NCBI GenBank assembly: GCA_038064015.1
Contig: JBBTUB010000023.1
Location: 369-64,368, forward strand
Source: Patescibacteria group bacterium
Lineage (GTDB): Bacteria; Patescibacteriota; Minisyncoccia; 2-02-FULL-40-12; IGHO2-01-FULL-4-A
Length of the DNA: 64,000 nt
Direction of reading: 5' to 3'
The notes under the pieces were generated by a model. It searched no databases. It saw only the letters and a list, made by a program, of their open reading frames with translations, and was not told where the DNA came from. The translations under genes were made by a program, and so were the position numbers. Positions within the stretch are counted from its first letter, which is position 1, and every line of letters begins with the position of its first letter. Shown piece after piece: positions 19,538-28,582 of the stretch.

Positions 19538-20679
19538 GTTACGAGCGTGTATACCGCCCCGAGCGCAAACAAGATCATAATGCCGTAAAGAACGACCTTG
19601 GGGATATTGATGGAGTATTCGGGAATACGATTACCGTGGTCTTTGGCCTTCGCGTAGATCAGCAGCAACAAAATCATATCAATACTGACGGCGATGCCAC
19701 CTACTAAGCTTAAGATCTCAATGAAATTACGCACTCCGAGAAGAAACAACGCGAACGGCGGTATCAACGGCAACAAAAAATCCGCCTTGCGCCGAAGCTT
19801 AAAATCTTCGCGCAGTGATGTGCGAAATGCTGTGATGACGCTCAAGAATATCGTACTTGAAGTCAAAAATCCCACGAGGGACCCCACGAAGATCGCGCTA
19901 TCCCCCACGCGCCCCGCCAATCCGAGAATCGCTTGCTGGGAAGTATCGGGTCCCGTCACACCGACGACGACCAGGCTAAAAATCAAATACAACGTGGCGG
20001 GAACCGCGGTGCCAAAGATCAGCGCGCGACGAAGCAAATGCTCCTTGCCGACGAGCATTTCACGCACCAAGGGAACACCCTGCGAACCATTGAGCGCAAA
20101 TAAAATGACGCCAAACGGCAAGAACCAGGACAGATGGCTTGAGAAAAGGAAATTTTCGCGTGCAAGATGCGGAATCCCAAAACCCGCGATGGTCGCTACC
20201 AATGCAATCGCGAGCATCATCACGCCAAGATCCACTCGCGAGACGGTCTTCACGCCCGCGTAGACCAGCACGAGTAAGATGCCGAGTACGATCAAGCTCA
20301 GTACAATCGGTGAAATCCGATACCCGAAAAATTGCAAAACCTGGCTCAAGAACGCGCCGTTGACGATCAAGATGCCGATCACCGCGCCATAGACCGAGAT
20401 CCAAAAATTGAGCAAGTTGACCCGACGCGCCCACGGCCCCAAGTAGGTACGGACGTACCCGACAAATTGGTGCCGCTCATGCGTACGGAGAATAATCTCG
20501 CCGTACAGAAAGTGGTTGATCAGCATGAGGCCGGCGATGACCACCAAAAAAATCACCCCGACGCCGGTCCCGGCCTGGGCGAACGTATAGGGAATGCCAT
20601 AAAATCCGATCCCCACCGTCGACGCGACCAAAAGCGCTACGGCGTACCAAAATGGCTTGAGCGGCTTGATTTGTAACAC
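19534..20679 (-). CDS. amino-acid permease-like transporter (11-12 TM)
   Basis: Polytopic membrane protein with the conserved N-terminal motif GIGFYGIPYTFAQAG of amino-acid/aromatic permease families. Confidence 0.55.
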   Translation of the reverse strand: MLQIKPLKPFWYAVALLVASTVGIGFYGIPYTFAQAGTGVGVIFLVVIAGLMLINHFLYGEIILRTHERHQFVGYVRTYLGPWARRVNLLNFWISVYGAVIGILIVNGAFLSQVLQFFGYRISPIVLSLIVLGILLVLVYAGVKTVSRVDLGVMMLAIALVATIAGFGIPHLARENFLFSSHLSWFLPFGVILFALNGSQGVPLVREMLVGKEHLLRRALIFGTAVPATLYLIFSLVVVGVTGPDTSQQAILGLAGRVGDSAIFVGSLVGFLTSSTIFLSVITAFRTSLREDFKLRRKADFLLPLIPPFALFLLGVRNFIEILSLVGGIAVSIDMILLLLIYAKAKDHGNRIPEYSINIPKVVLYGIMILFALGAVYTLVT

Positions 20680-20703
20680 ACCTTGAGTATAGCAAGGAAA
20701 AGT

Positions 20704-20757
20704 AGAATTTTAAAAGGCCCGGCACGCGTGTTGTTACACATGGTGTGCGCCGGGCCC
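20704..20757 (-). terminator. intrinsic terminator of cassette 2
   Basis: A ggcccggc ... gccgggcc stem with an inner hairpin. On the minus strand it is followed by TTTTAAAATTC. Confidence 0.6.
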
Positions 20758-20788
20758 CTTACTCGCGGTTGCCGCGAGGTACTGGTGG

Positions 20789-21082
20789 TCATACTGGAGG
20801 AGGCGATCTCGAAGTCCATCGGTCTAATCTATAATACATATAGATTAGACCGATGAAGATCACCACTCCTTCGACGTAGAAGATCCAGGGGAAGAACATG
20901 TCGAGCTGCTGACTGGCCAGCTCTAGAGGGGTTTCTCCCCATGGGCCAGTAGAGAGCTGGGCAGCCCTCCACGACACGATCCTGCCACTGTTCAGGGTAA
21001 CCCCAAGTGCGCTCCATATCATGGCGGCCCAACTTATGGCCCCGGACAGGATGACGTGGATAGCCCATAGTGTTCTGCGCAT
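20789..21082 (-). CDS. GC-rich orphan cassette 2: 97-aa two-TM membrane protein
   Basis: GGAGG sits 5 nt before the ATG at 21082. A TTGACT-18-TATAAT promoter lies upstream and a terminator downstream. The composition is atypical for this window. Confidence 0.55.
   Translation of the reverse strand: MRRTLWAIHVILSGAISWAAMIWSALGVTLNSGRIVSWRAAQLSTGPWGETPLELASQQLDMFFPWIFYVEGVVIFIGLIYMYYRLDRWTSRSPPPV
20817..20855. repeat. perfect 17-bp inverted repeat (CATCGGTCTAATCTATA / TATAGATTAGACCGATG, 5-nt loop) inside the cassette 2 CDS
   Basis: Both arms read directly from the sequence. The repeat is exact over 17 bp. Confidence 0.9.
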
Positions 21083-21123
21083 GAATGCCTCCAAAATCGC
21101 CGAGCTGAACCCGACGTGATCAT

Positions 21124-21153
21124 ATTATACCACGCTTTATATTAAAAAGTCAA
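21124..21153 (-). promoter_or_regulatory. sigma70-like promoter of cassette 2 (TTGACT-18 nt-TATAAT)
   Basis: The minus strand reads ttgactttttaatataaagcgtggtataat, ending about 40 nt upstream of the ATG. Confidence 0.55.
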
Positions 21154-21167
21154 ATCAAGGCACCGAG

Positions 21168-23518
21168 TTACGCTTTCGGAAGATGGTTCTTGAGGGCGAT
21201 GGAGAGGACTTCGTCGACGGACTTCACGAATTTAAACGTGAGATCGCGGCGGATTTCTTTGGGAATGTCTTCTTCGATGTCTTTTTTGTTGTCCATCGGT
21301 AAGATGATGGTCTTCAGGCCCGCGCGGTGGGCGGCGAGGATTTTTTCTTTGATGCCGCCGATTTCCAGGACTTTGCCACGAAGCGTCACCTCACCGGTCA
21401 TGCCAACGTCGTGGCGGATCGGCTTTCGTGTCATGAGCGATACGATCGCGGTGGTCATCGCGATGCCGGCCGATGGGCCGTCTTTCTTGACCGCGCCCGA
21501 CGGCACGTGGATGTGGATGTCTTCTTTATAAAAATCTTCTTTGATGCCAAGAGACGCGGCCTTGGTCCGCGCGTAGGAAAGCGCCGCTTGCACGGATTCT
21601 TTCATGACATCGCCAAGATGTCCCGTCAAAATCAGCCGCCCTTTGCCCGGCATGCGCGAAGCTTCGATCGAAAGCACTTCTCCGCCTACTGGTGTCCAGG
21701 CAAGGCCGGTGGCCACGCCGATTTCGTCTTTTTTCTCGGCTTCCTGGTGGGTAAATCGCTTGGGCCCCAGATAGCCGTGGAGCGATTTTGAGGTTATCTG
21801 GTATTTGCCTTTTATTTTTTTTTCTACGGTCTGCCTTGTTACCTTGCGATACACGGTCGCGATCTGGCGCTCGAGGTCGCGCACCCCCGCTTCACGCGTG
21901 TAGTGGCGAATAATCTCCGCGAGCGGGGGCTCGGGAAACGTGACCAGCTCGCCATTGAGGCCATTTTCTTTGAGTTGCTTGGGTACCAGATAGTTGGTCG
22001 CGATCTTGAGCTTTTCGTGCTCGGTGTAGCCGGGAAACTCGATGATCTCAAGACGGTCGCGAAGGGCCGGAGGAATCGTATCTAATTGGTTTGCCGTCGC
22101 GATGAAGAATACATCGGATAGGTCATATGGCACCTCCAGATAGTGATCGGAAAAAGCATTGTTTTGCTCCGGATCAAGCGCCTCCAAAAGCGCCGCCGAG
22201 GGATCGCCACGAAAATCAACGCCGATCTTATCAATCTCATCGAGCATAAAGACAGGATTGGAGGAACCTGCCGTGTTGATGCCCTGGATAATACGACCTG
22301 GCAAGGCGCCAACGTAGGTACGGCGATGGCCGCGAATTTCTGCCTCGTCGCGAAGCCCACCCAGCGAGACACGCACGAACTTGCGGCCAAGCGCCCTCGC
22401 CACAGATTTCCCGATCGAGGTCTTCCCTACTCCGGGAGGACCGAAAAGGCACAGAATAGGCCCCTTGATCTTGCCGACTTGTTTTTGGACCGCCAGATAT
22501 TCCAAAATGCGCTCTTTGGCTTTCTTAAGACCATAGTGATCCGCATCGAGGATTTTTTCGGCTTCAGTCATCTCAATAGTACCTCCGGTTTTTTTGGACC
22601 AGGGCAAGTCAACCAACCAATCTAAATACGTACGTAAATAAGAAATTTCAGGACTAAACGGCGGCATCTTCTCAAATCGCGCCAACTCTTTGAGCGCCTT
22701 TGCTTTGGCCTCTTCCGGCATGCCGGCAGCCTCGATCTTCGCTCTGATCGCATCAATGTCGCTTTTTTCGCCATCCATGCCGAGCTCTTTCTCGATACTC
22801 TTCATCTGCTCGCGCAAAAACATTTCTTTCTGCATTTTGCCAAGCGACTTGCGGGTCTCGCGGACGACGCGCTTCTCCGCATCGATGATCTCAAGCTCGC
22901 GCCCGATGAAAAAGTTCATTTTTTTGAGCGCCTCGACTGCGTCACTGGTTTCAAGCACTTCCTGCTGATCCTGGAGCTCCAAATTGAGATTGATCGCGAT
23001 CAGGTACACGATCTGGAATGGGTCTTTGATCTGATTGAGAATATTCATCAGGTCCGGCAAGAGGGCGGGCATGTTACGAACTTCCAAAAGCTGCTTGAAG
23101 AGCTCCACGGTCGCGCGGATCAAGGCCTCGGTTTCAACACTTTTGGGAAACTCGCTGGAAATCGGCTTGACGGTAGCCCGGAAGAAAGGCTCAATCTGCG
23201 TAAAATTGGAAATATAGACGCGCGCGATGCCCTCGACGTCAATCTTGGAGGGCCGTCCGGGAGTTTGTGCACCTCAAAAATCTTGCCGACGGTACCTACG
23301 GTAAAAAGGTCTTTGTGGTCAACATCATCGAAGATGTTTTTTTGAGCGACAAAAATCGCCAACTTATCGGTTTCCATCGCCTCATCAAGACTATTCACCG
23401 ACTTTGGACGCTGGACGAGCAACGGAATCGCGACGCGGGGAAACAGTACCACGTTCTTAAGTGGAATAACCGGCAAATTCGTGGGAATGGAAAGATTTTT
23501 GTTATCTGATTCAGCCAT
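21168..23518 (-). CDS. lon: ATP-dependent Lon protease, interrupted by a 1-nt frameshift near 23250-23252
   Basis: The ORF 23120-23518 is the Lon N-domain (LPVIPLKNVVLFP ... EVHKLPDG). The ORF 21168-23123 carries the AAA+ module (GPPGVGKTS) and protease (PSAGIAMTTAIVS). In the other frame the N-domain continues SKIDVEGIARVYISNF..., so one base is missing in a GGG run. Confidence 0.9.
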
Positions 23519-23538
23519 GATGAAAGCAGTTTAGGTGA

Positions 23539-23565
23539 TTAGCACTCTCGTGTCAAGAGTGCTAG
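23539..23565. promoter_or_regulatory. CIRCE element (HrcA operator), 20 nt upstream of the lon ATG
   Basis: TTAGCACTC-tcgtgtcaa-GAGTGCTAG matches the consensus TTAGCACTC-N9-GAGTGCTAA at 17 of 18 positions. A TTATAA -10-like hexamer lies immediately upstream. Confidence 0.8.
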
Positions 23566-23566
23566 T

Positions 23567-24934
23567 TTATAATTCTTCGCTTTGCCCCGGGATGGGCACG
23601 ATTGCCTCGATGCCAAGCCGTTCGTGAGCCACCGTGGCGAGTGTTTTCGCAACCCGCTCTTCGCCCTGCACGATAAAAACACGCTTAAGATGCTTCTTGC
23701 TATTAGCCTCGGCAAGCCAGTGCAGAAGCGTCGGCTGGTCCGCATGGGCGGAATAGCTTTGCAGCGTCAGGACGCGGCATCGAACCGGAATATTTTCACC
23801 AAATATATTCACGTACGAGTCCCCCTGCATGATTTTACGACCACGACTACCCATGACCTGATAACCAACCATCAAAATCGCAGAATTCGGATCAGGTAAA
23901 TAGCGTATCTCGTGATGCAAAATACGCCCGCCTTGGCTCATGCCGGATCCGGCGATAATAATTTTTGGCTGCGGCACGTCATTGATCGCTTTGGACTCCT
24001 GGACGCTCGCCGTCATACGAAGGCCGGGGAACGCGAACACATCATCTCCCGAATTAATGAGATATGACGCTTGCCGGTTAAAATACTCGTGATGCTTCTG
24101 GTATACCGCGGTCATCTTGATCGCCAAGGGGCTGTCAACGAAAATAGGAACCTGGGGAATTATCTTTTTCTCGTGAAGTTCGTTGAGCTCGTAGAGCAAC
24201 TCTTGCGTGCGCTCCAGTGAAAAGCTCGGGATCATGAGCACGCCGCCCCTACGAATAGACTCGATTACAATTTCAGCCAGCTTCCCCCGCCGCTCTGTCC
24301 GATCCTCGTGCGCGCGGTCGCCATAGGCGGACTCGATGACGATATAGTCGGCATCATGGATGAATTCAGTGGGCCGCAATAATGGCGTAGGCGGATTACC
24401 CAGGTCGCCGGAAAAAATAAGCTTTTTGGGCGCGCCGCCGTCACTCCAGCGAAACTCGATAAACGCCGACCCCAAGATATGGCCTGCGTCATGGAGCATC
24501 GCCGAGATCCCATCGCCAAGATCAAGCATCTGCCGATACTCCACGCCTTTGATCAAAGCAATCAGGCCGGCAACATCTTCTTTTTCATACAGCGGCTCGT
24601 GGCCGTTTTCTTTCGCTTCTCGCGTGATATGCTCGAGATTATCGGGAAGGGCGACTTCAATAAGATCACGCGTCGCGCTCGTCGCGTAGACGACGCCACT
24701 AAAGCCTTCTTTGAAAAGCTTTGGCAAGCGCCCGATGTGATCAATATGGCTATGGGTTACAAAGACAAAATCAATCGTCTTTGGGTCATAGCCGAATGGC
24801 TGATAATTTAAGTCGTCAGCGTATTTGGAACCCTGAAAAAGACCGCAGTCAACAAGGATGCGCTTTTCATTTCCCTCAAGCAAATAATTCGCTCCCGTCA
24901 CCCACCCCGCCCCGCCGTAAAATGTAATTTTCAT
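23567..24934 (-). CDS. MBL-fold beta-CASP ribonuclease (RNase J / CPSF-like)
   Basis: HSHIDHIG is the metallo-beta-lactamase motif II. The D, H and H motifs follow, and a C-terminal RMMBL-like region ends in ...SYSAHAD. Confidence 0.75.
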   Translation of the reverse strand: MKITFYGGAGWVTGANYLLEGNEKRILVDCGLFQGSKYADDLNYQPFGYDPKTIDFVFVTHSHIDHIGRLPKLFKEGFSGVVYATSATRDLIEVALPDNLEHITREAKENGHEPLYEKEDVAGLIALIKGVEYRQMLDLGDGISAMLHDAGHILGSAFIEFRWSDGGAPKKLIFSGDLGNPPTPLLRPTEFIHDADYIVIESAYGDRAHEDRTERRGKLAEIVIESIRRGGVLMIPSFSLERTQELLYELNELHEKKIIPQVPIFVDSPLAIKMTAVYQKHHEYFNRQASYLINSGDDVFAFPGLRMTASVQESKAINDVPQPKIIIAGSGMSQGGRILHHEIRYLPDPNSAILMVGYQVMGSRGRKIMQGDSYVNIFGENIPVRCRVLTLQSYSAHADQPTLLHWLAEANSKKHLKRVFIVQGEERVAKTLATVAHERLGIEAIVPIPGQSEEL

Positions 24935-25323
24935 GGTCGTACGGTAATCGTTCCCCGCTCATTTTTATTATTAACATTGTAATAGTCGTACGTCCCCGCT
25001 TCGGTGAATACGTGCGTATACACCGCGGAAGATACTAAGTCTCCCGATGGGCCAAATGATCCGTCGATGCTCATCGTTACCTCGCTTTCATTGCGGAACG
25101 CCACCGAATCTTTCGTTCGTATCTGAAGATTCGTCGGACTGAATATGCCATGGTTATAGGATACGCTATACTGTCGCGGCGGCCTGACCGTTTGCGCCGC
25201 GTGCGGCTCGGGCAACGGATTATTTTTGGTAAAAATCAAAATCGCCGCGACAAACAATACGGTGATCCCCATAATCGCCAGCCACATCCCTCCATGGTTT
25301 TTGGGGTCTAGCTGGTCGCCCAT
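24931..25323 (-). CDS. membrane-anchored hypothetical protein with a cupredoxin-like beta domain (no Cu ligands seen)
   Basis: An N-terminal TM helix precedes a beta-rich domain ending VYTHVFTEAGTYDYYN. There is no Cys, His or Met copper site. Confidence 0.35.
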   Translation of the reverse strand: MGDQLDPKNHGGMWLAIMGITVLFVAAILIFTKNNPLPEPHAAQTVRPPRQYSVSYNHGIFSPTNLQIRTKDSVAFRNESEVTMSIDGSFGPSGDLVSSAVYTHVFTEAGTYDYYNVNNKNERGTITVRP

Positions 25324-25919
25324 AGGGTAAGCTGTTCTTTAATCCTATCTCCCGGTGTCTCGAACCCCGGCATATAGACAACCTTGTCACTATAGTTCAT
25401 AAAATGAAAATATTGAAGCTGCGCACGCATATCGGTCTCATTAACTTCATTGCCAAACAACTCTCGAGAGCGAGCTATAAGTTCAGGAATTGAGTGATAG
25501 TCCTTAATGATGAAATACAGATCGACGTAATCTTTCCATTTCGCCCGGCGGCCCAAGGCGTGGAGTTTCATCGCGCCCAGCGTCACCAGATCCGGCATTT
25601 TGATAATATCCCGCAATGCGCGATCGTACGGAATCTTGAATCGGTACTTCATGAACGTGAATTGCACGCCGTTTATGTAGAGTGTGTATTGTCCTTCTTG
25701 GTCGGTCTGGACTTTTTCGATCGGAGCAACTTTATTGATCTGATCTGCAATCATCCCGTTGTCAAAATCCTTTTCAGTAAACAAGTCGAAATCAACCGAG
25801 AGCCGATGGCCGATCTGCAGGGCAACTGCAGTTCCTCCGACCAAGCTAAAATCCTTCGAAAAATACTTGACCAGCGGCAAGAGCTTGCGTTGTTCGTCAG
25901 TGAATATTTCTTCGTGCAT
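25308..25919 (-). CDS. AbiEii/AbiGii-family nucleotidyltransferase (type IV toxin-like, DUF1814)
   Basis: LVGGTAVALQIGHRLSVDFDLF matches the NTase fold of the AbiEii family. The start is probably MHEEIF. The ORF-track extension to 26063 looks like non-coding read-through. Confidence 0.55.
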   Translation of the reverse strand: MHEEIFTDEQRKLLPLVKYFSKDFSLVGGTAVALQIGHRLSVDFDLFTEKDFDNGMIADQINKVAPIEKVQTDQEGQYTLYINGVQFTFMKYRFKIPYDRALRDIIKMPDLVTLGAMKLHALGRRAKWKDYVDLYFIIKDYHSIPELIARSRELFGNEVNETDMRAQLQYFHFMNYSDKVVYMPGFETPGDRIKEQLTLWATS

Positions 25920-26166
25920 CGTGGGCGAAATATGTTTTAAAGAAGTCAGCCCGCTTAGGCGAATAATTGCACCGCTGATGGCTTGTTTGCTCGAAAAATA
26001 TCTCGGCGACTTTTTCTCGCCCGAGCGCTTTGATGAGATCTTGCAATTCTTCCCAATCTCCACAATTCAGCACCGCCTCAACGACAGCTTCCTCATTGAG
26101 CCCATTGTAGTCCCTGGTATACCAGATTAGATAGGGCTTGTGTCGTATGATATCGCGGAAATCCAT
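25897..26166 (-). CDS. 89-aa putative cognate partner (antitoxin-like) of the AbiEii-like NTase
   Basis: Small ORF immediately upstream on the same strand, with a small overlap. No domain recognised. Confidence 0.3.
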   Translation of the reverse strand: MDFRDIIRHKPYLIWYTRDYNGLNEEAVVEAVLNCGDWEELQDLIKALGREKVAEIFFEQTSHQRCNYSPKRADFFKTYFAHDARRNIH

Positions 26167-26178
26167 AGGCTTATTATA

Positions 26179-27033
26179 TCACATTCGAAGCTTTTGCGTC
26201 AGATCATAGGCGAGTTTCCAGGGCTTTGAAATGACCAAATCAAACGCCCCCGGATACTCGATCGTGCGACCACCCCAGCCGAGCTTAAAACGCGTTACGC
26301 CGGGCCATTTGTTCGCATCAATCCCCCACAAATCGTAGAGCGTAGAACCTAGAACTTGGAGCTTTTTTATAATTTCCCAGTGCAATGCATAGGGTGCCAT
26401 GAGAGCACGGTGCTCATGATCGGAGGCACCGTGGAGATAGTAGGCTTGATCGCCATGCATCGCGACGAGCGCGGCGGCCACGGGGGTTTCTTGATGATAT
26501 GCAATCCAAAGTTCTGTGTAATTCATGAGTTTCTCGTAATAACTTTTTGGATATGAAGAAAATTTATCGCGCGCGCTTGTCTTTTGCATGAGCTCCCAGA
26601 ATATTTCATGTTTCATGCTACGTGCTACATGAATTCCGTGTTTCTCGGCGACTCGGATATTATACCGCGTCTTGTGATGCATCGCGTCGAGCAGCTCATC
26701 TTCGGTCTTCGTCAGATCTATTACGACCGTTTTCTGCGGCTGGATGTTCTTGTTTGATTTCTGAAAGCCGGTCGCGACCAGCTGCTGTGCGACGTCGTCT
26801 TGCATTGGTTCGGCTTTTACGAAGATCGAGCCTTGTTCCCGTGCCAGTTGCCGAAGCTCTCCCGCAAACTGATGCGAGACTAATTCGGGTCCGTAGGGAA
26901 TATATAAATAGTTCTTGCCCAGAGGCAAATCGTGTTGGATAACTTTTGCGCCTGCTACCTCAAAAACTTTCCGCCCCAGCGATTTCTGAAAATCCATCCA
27001 GTCTTGCGATTGCAAAAAAGAATTCATATTCAT
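26179..27033 (-). CDS. FemAB-family peptidoglycan-bridge aminoacyltransferase-like protein
   Basis: TRYNIRVAEKHGIHV and YYLHGASDHEHRALMAPYALHWEII are characteristic of the FemABX/GNAT-fold family. Confidence 0.6.
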   Translation of the reverse strand: MNMNSFLQSQDWMDFQKSLGRKVFEVAGAKVIQHDLPLGKNYLYIPYGPELVSHQFAGELRQLAREQGSIFVKAEPMQDDVAQQLVATGFQKSNKNIQPQKTVVIDLTKTEDELLDAMHHKTRYNIRVAEKHGIHVARSMKHEIFWELMQKTSARDKFSSYPKSYYEKLMNYTELWIAYHQETPVAAALVAMHGDQAYYLHGASDHEHRALMAPYALHWEIIKKLQVLGSTLYDLWGIDANKWPGVTRFKLGWGGRTIEYPGAFDLVISKPWKLAYDLTQKLRM

Positions 27034-27764
27034 CTAACGTGAAGTGCTATTTTCGTAAATGGTTTCTTAAATATAAGTGCCCAGAGAAAATTCATACTAT
27101 AGCGAAAGTTTGTCAATAAAAAACCTTCCTTATTAAATCTCCTTGCTGAAGTGTTCATAACCAATTTAAAAGTAAATATGACCTTACCAACTTCATGCAA
27201 ACGTCTAGAAATATCTGTATCGTCTCCAAAAAATGTAAAACCAGCATCATATCCGCCTATTTTTTCTAGGGCAGTTCTTTTTATGACCATATTTCCAGCA
27301 CTTGCTAAAGAACCTGTATCAAAAAAATATTTACAACTAACATAGGCAAGATAGGAAAAGATATAAAATATTTTTAAAAGCGCCTTATGATACCCTGGCA
27401 AATCAAAAAATACACATGGTCCGGTTATTGAGATTAGGTTTGAGTCGGCATCAAATAGTTCTCTGACAATTATTGACCAGTTATCAGGGATAATAGTATC
27501 AGCGTCAATATTAGCAACTAACTCTCCATTACTATGCAAAAATCCCGCATGGCGAGCCTGTGAAGACCCCAGCTTTGGTTCTTCGATAACACGTACCCCA
27601 AGGAATGCGAGAGCAACTTCTCTTGTATGATCAGTGCTCGCATTATTCACGACAATAATTTCTGCATCATGCGGAAATTTTTCAATATGCTGAGTCAACG
27701 CTTCGAGACAGCGTGGCAAATACGCCTCTTCATTATGCGCGGGGATAATATAGCTGATTTTCAT
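27030..27764 (-). CDS. family-2 glycosyltransferase
   Basis: ISYIIPAHNEEAYL, IIVVNNASTD and DADT (DxD) are GT-A/GT2 hallmarks. Confidence 0.8.
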   Translation of the reverse strand: MKISYIIPAHNEEAYLPRCLEALTQHIEKFPHDAEIIVVNNASTDHTREVALAFLGVRVIEEPKLGSSQARHAGFLHSNGELVANIDADTIIPDNWSIIVRELFDADSNLISITGPCVFFDLPGYHKALLKIFYIFSYLAYVSCKYFFDTGSLASAGNMVIKRTALEKIGGYDAGFTFFGDDTDISRRLHEVGKVIFTFKLVMNTSARRFNKEGFLLTNFRYSMNFLWALIFKKPFTKIALHVR

Positions 27765-28582
27765 AATTGAAATTTTTGCTTCATCGCTTCGAATTGATTT
27801 TGATATGCCTGGTTATCTTTTTTATTCTTATATTCCAATAATACTGCATAATCCGCTATCTCGGCATCCAAACGATCGGCCATCAATTGCTTCTTGGCTA
27901 GGATCCGAGACTCGATTGAGGGGAAATAATGCGTAGGCGTGGTGTCCGCTTTGACATACAGACGCACGGCGAGCCGGGCTTGTTTGAGATAGTAGCTCGT
28001 GATCGGGCGGTCGAGCAAAAACTTCTTTTCCAATAACGTGATGCGTTCATCGCTCGTATGATCAATTTCGTCAATCGCTTTAACGATTTTCGCCTCGAGC
28101 GTCTTGAGCGGAACGATGACGAGATGCGTGTGCTTCATGATGCAGTACGAAACCTTCTTGGAGAGAACCGGATCGATCGCATATTTTTTCGCAAGCTTAC
28201 GAAAGTCCGACGGCCCGCCAAAATGCTCCAGAAACATATATTGCATCATTTGGAACGCCGTATGGGCGTCTTTTTTTGATCGCCACAAATCATGGCAGAT
28301 AATTGCAAGAAAAATAATTTTGAGATCGACGATATTTTTTATATTTTGAAAGTCAGGGGTCGCGATAAATTCATCAAGATATCCTAGTAACCGAAAAACA
28401 TGCGTATGATCATGATGCACATCGGTAGCACGTTTCATGATCTCGATTGCTTCACCGCACAGCCGCCGCTCATTGTCGGTCAGCGAGATGGGGTGTTTAG
28501 TGAGAAACTCATTGAGTAACAAGAATTTGAGTGCTATCGCTTTACCGAGTATGCCCCGTAGCATCCGCCGGGAACATTCCAT
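27761..28582 (-). CDS. HD-domain phosphohydrolase
   Basis: It has the H...HD...H...D pattern (VHHDHTHVFRLL, ICHDLWR, KAIDEIDH). Confidence 0.65.
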   Translation of the reverse strand: MECSRRMLRGILGKAIALKFLLLNEFLTKHPISLTDNERRLCGEAIEIMKRATDVHHDHTHVFRLLGYLDEFIATPDFQNIKNIVDLKIIFLAIICHDLWRSKKDAHTAFQMMQYMFLEHFGGPSDFRKLAKKYAIDPVLSKKVSYCIMKHTHLVIVPLKTLEAKIVKAIDEIDHTSDERITLLEKKFLLDRPITSYYLKQARLAVRLYVKADTTPTHYFPSIESRILAKKQLMADRLDAEIADYAVLLEYKNKKDNQAYQNQFEAMKQKFQL

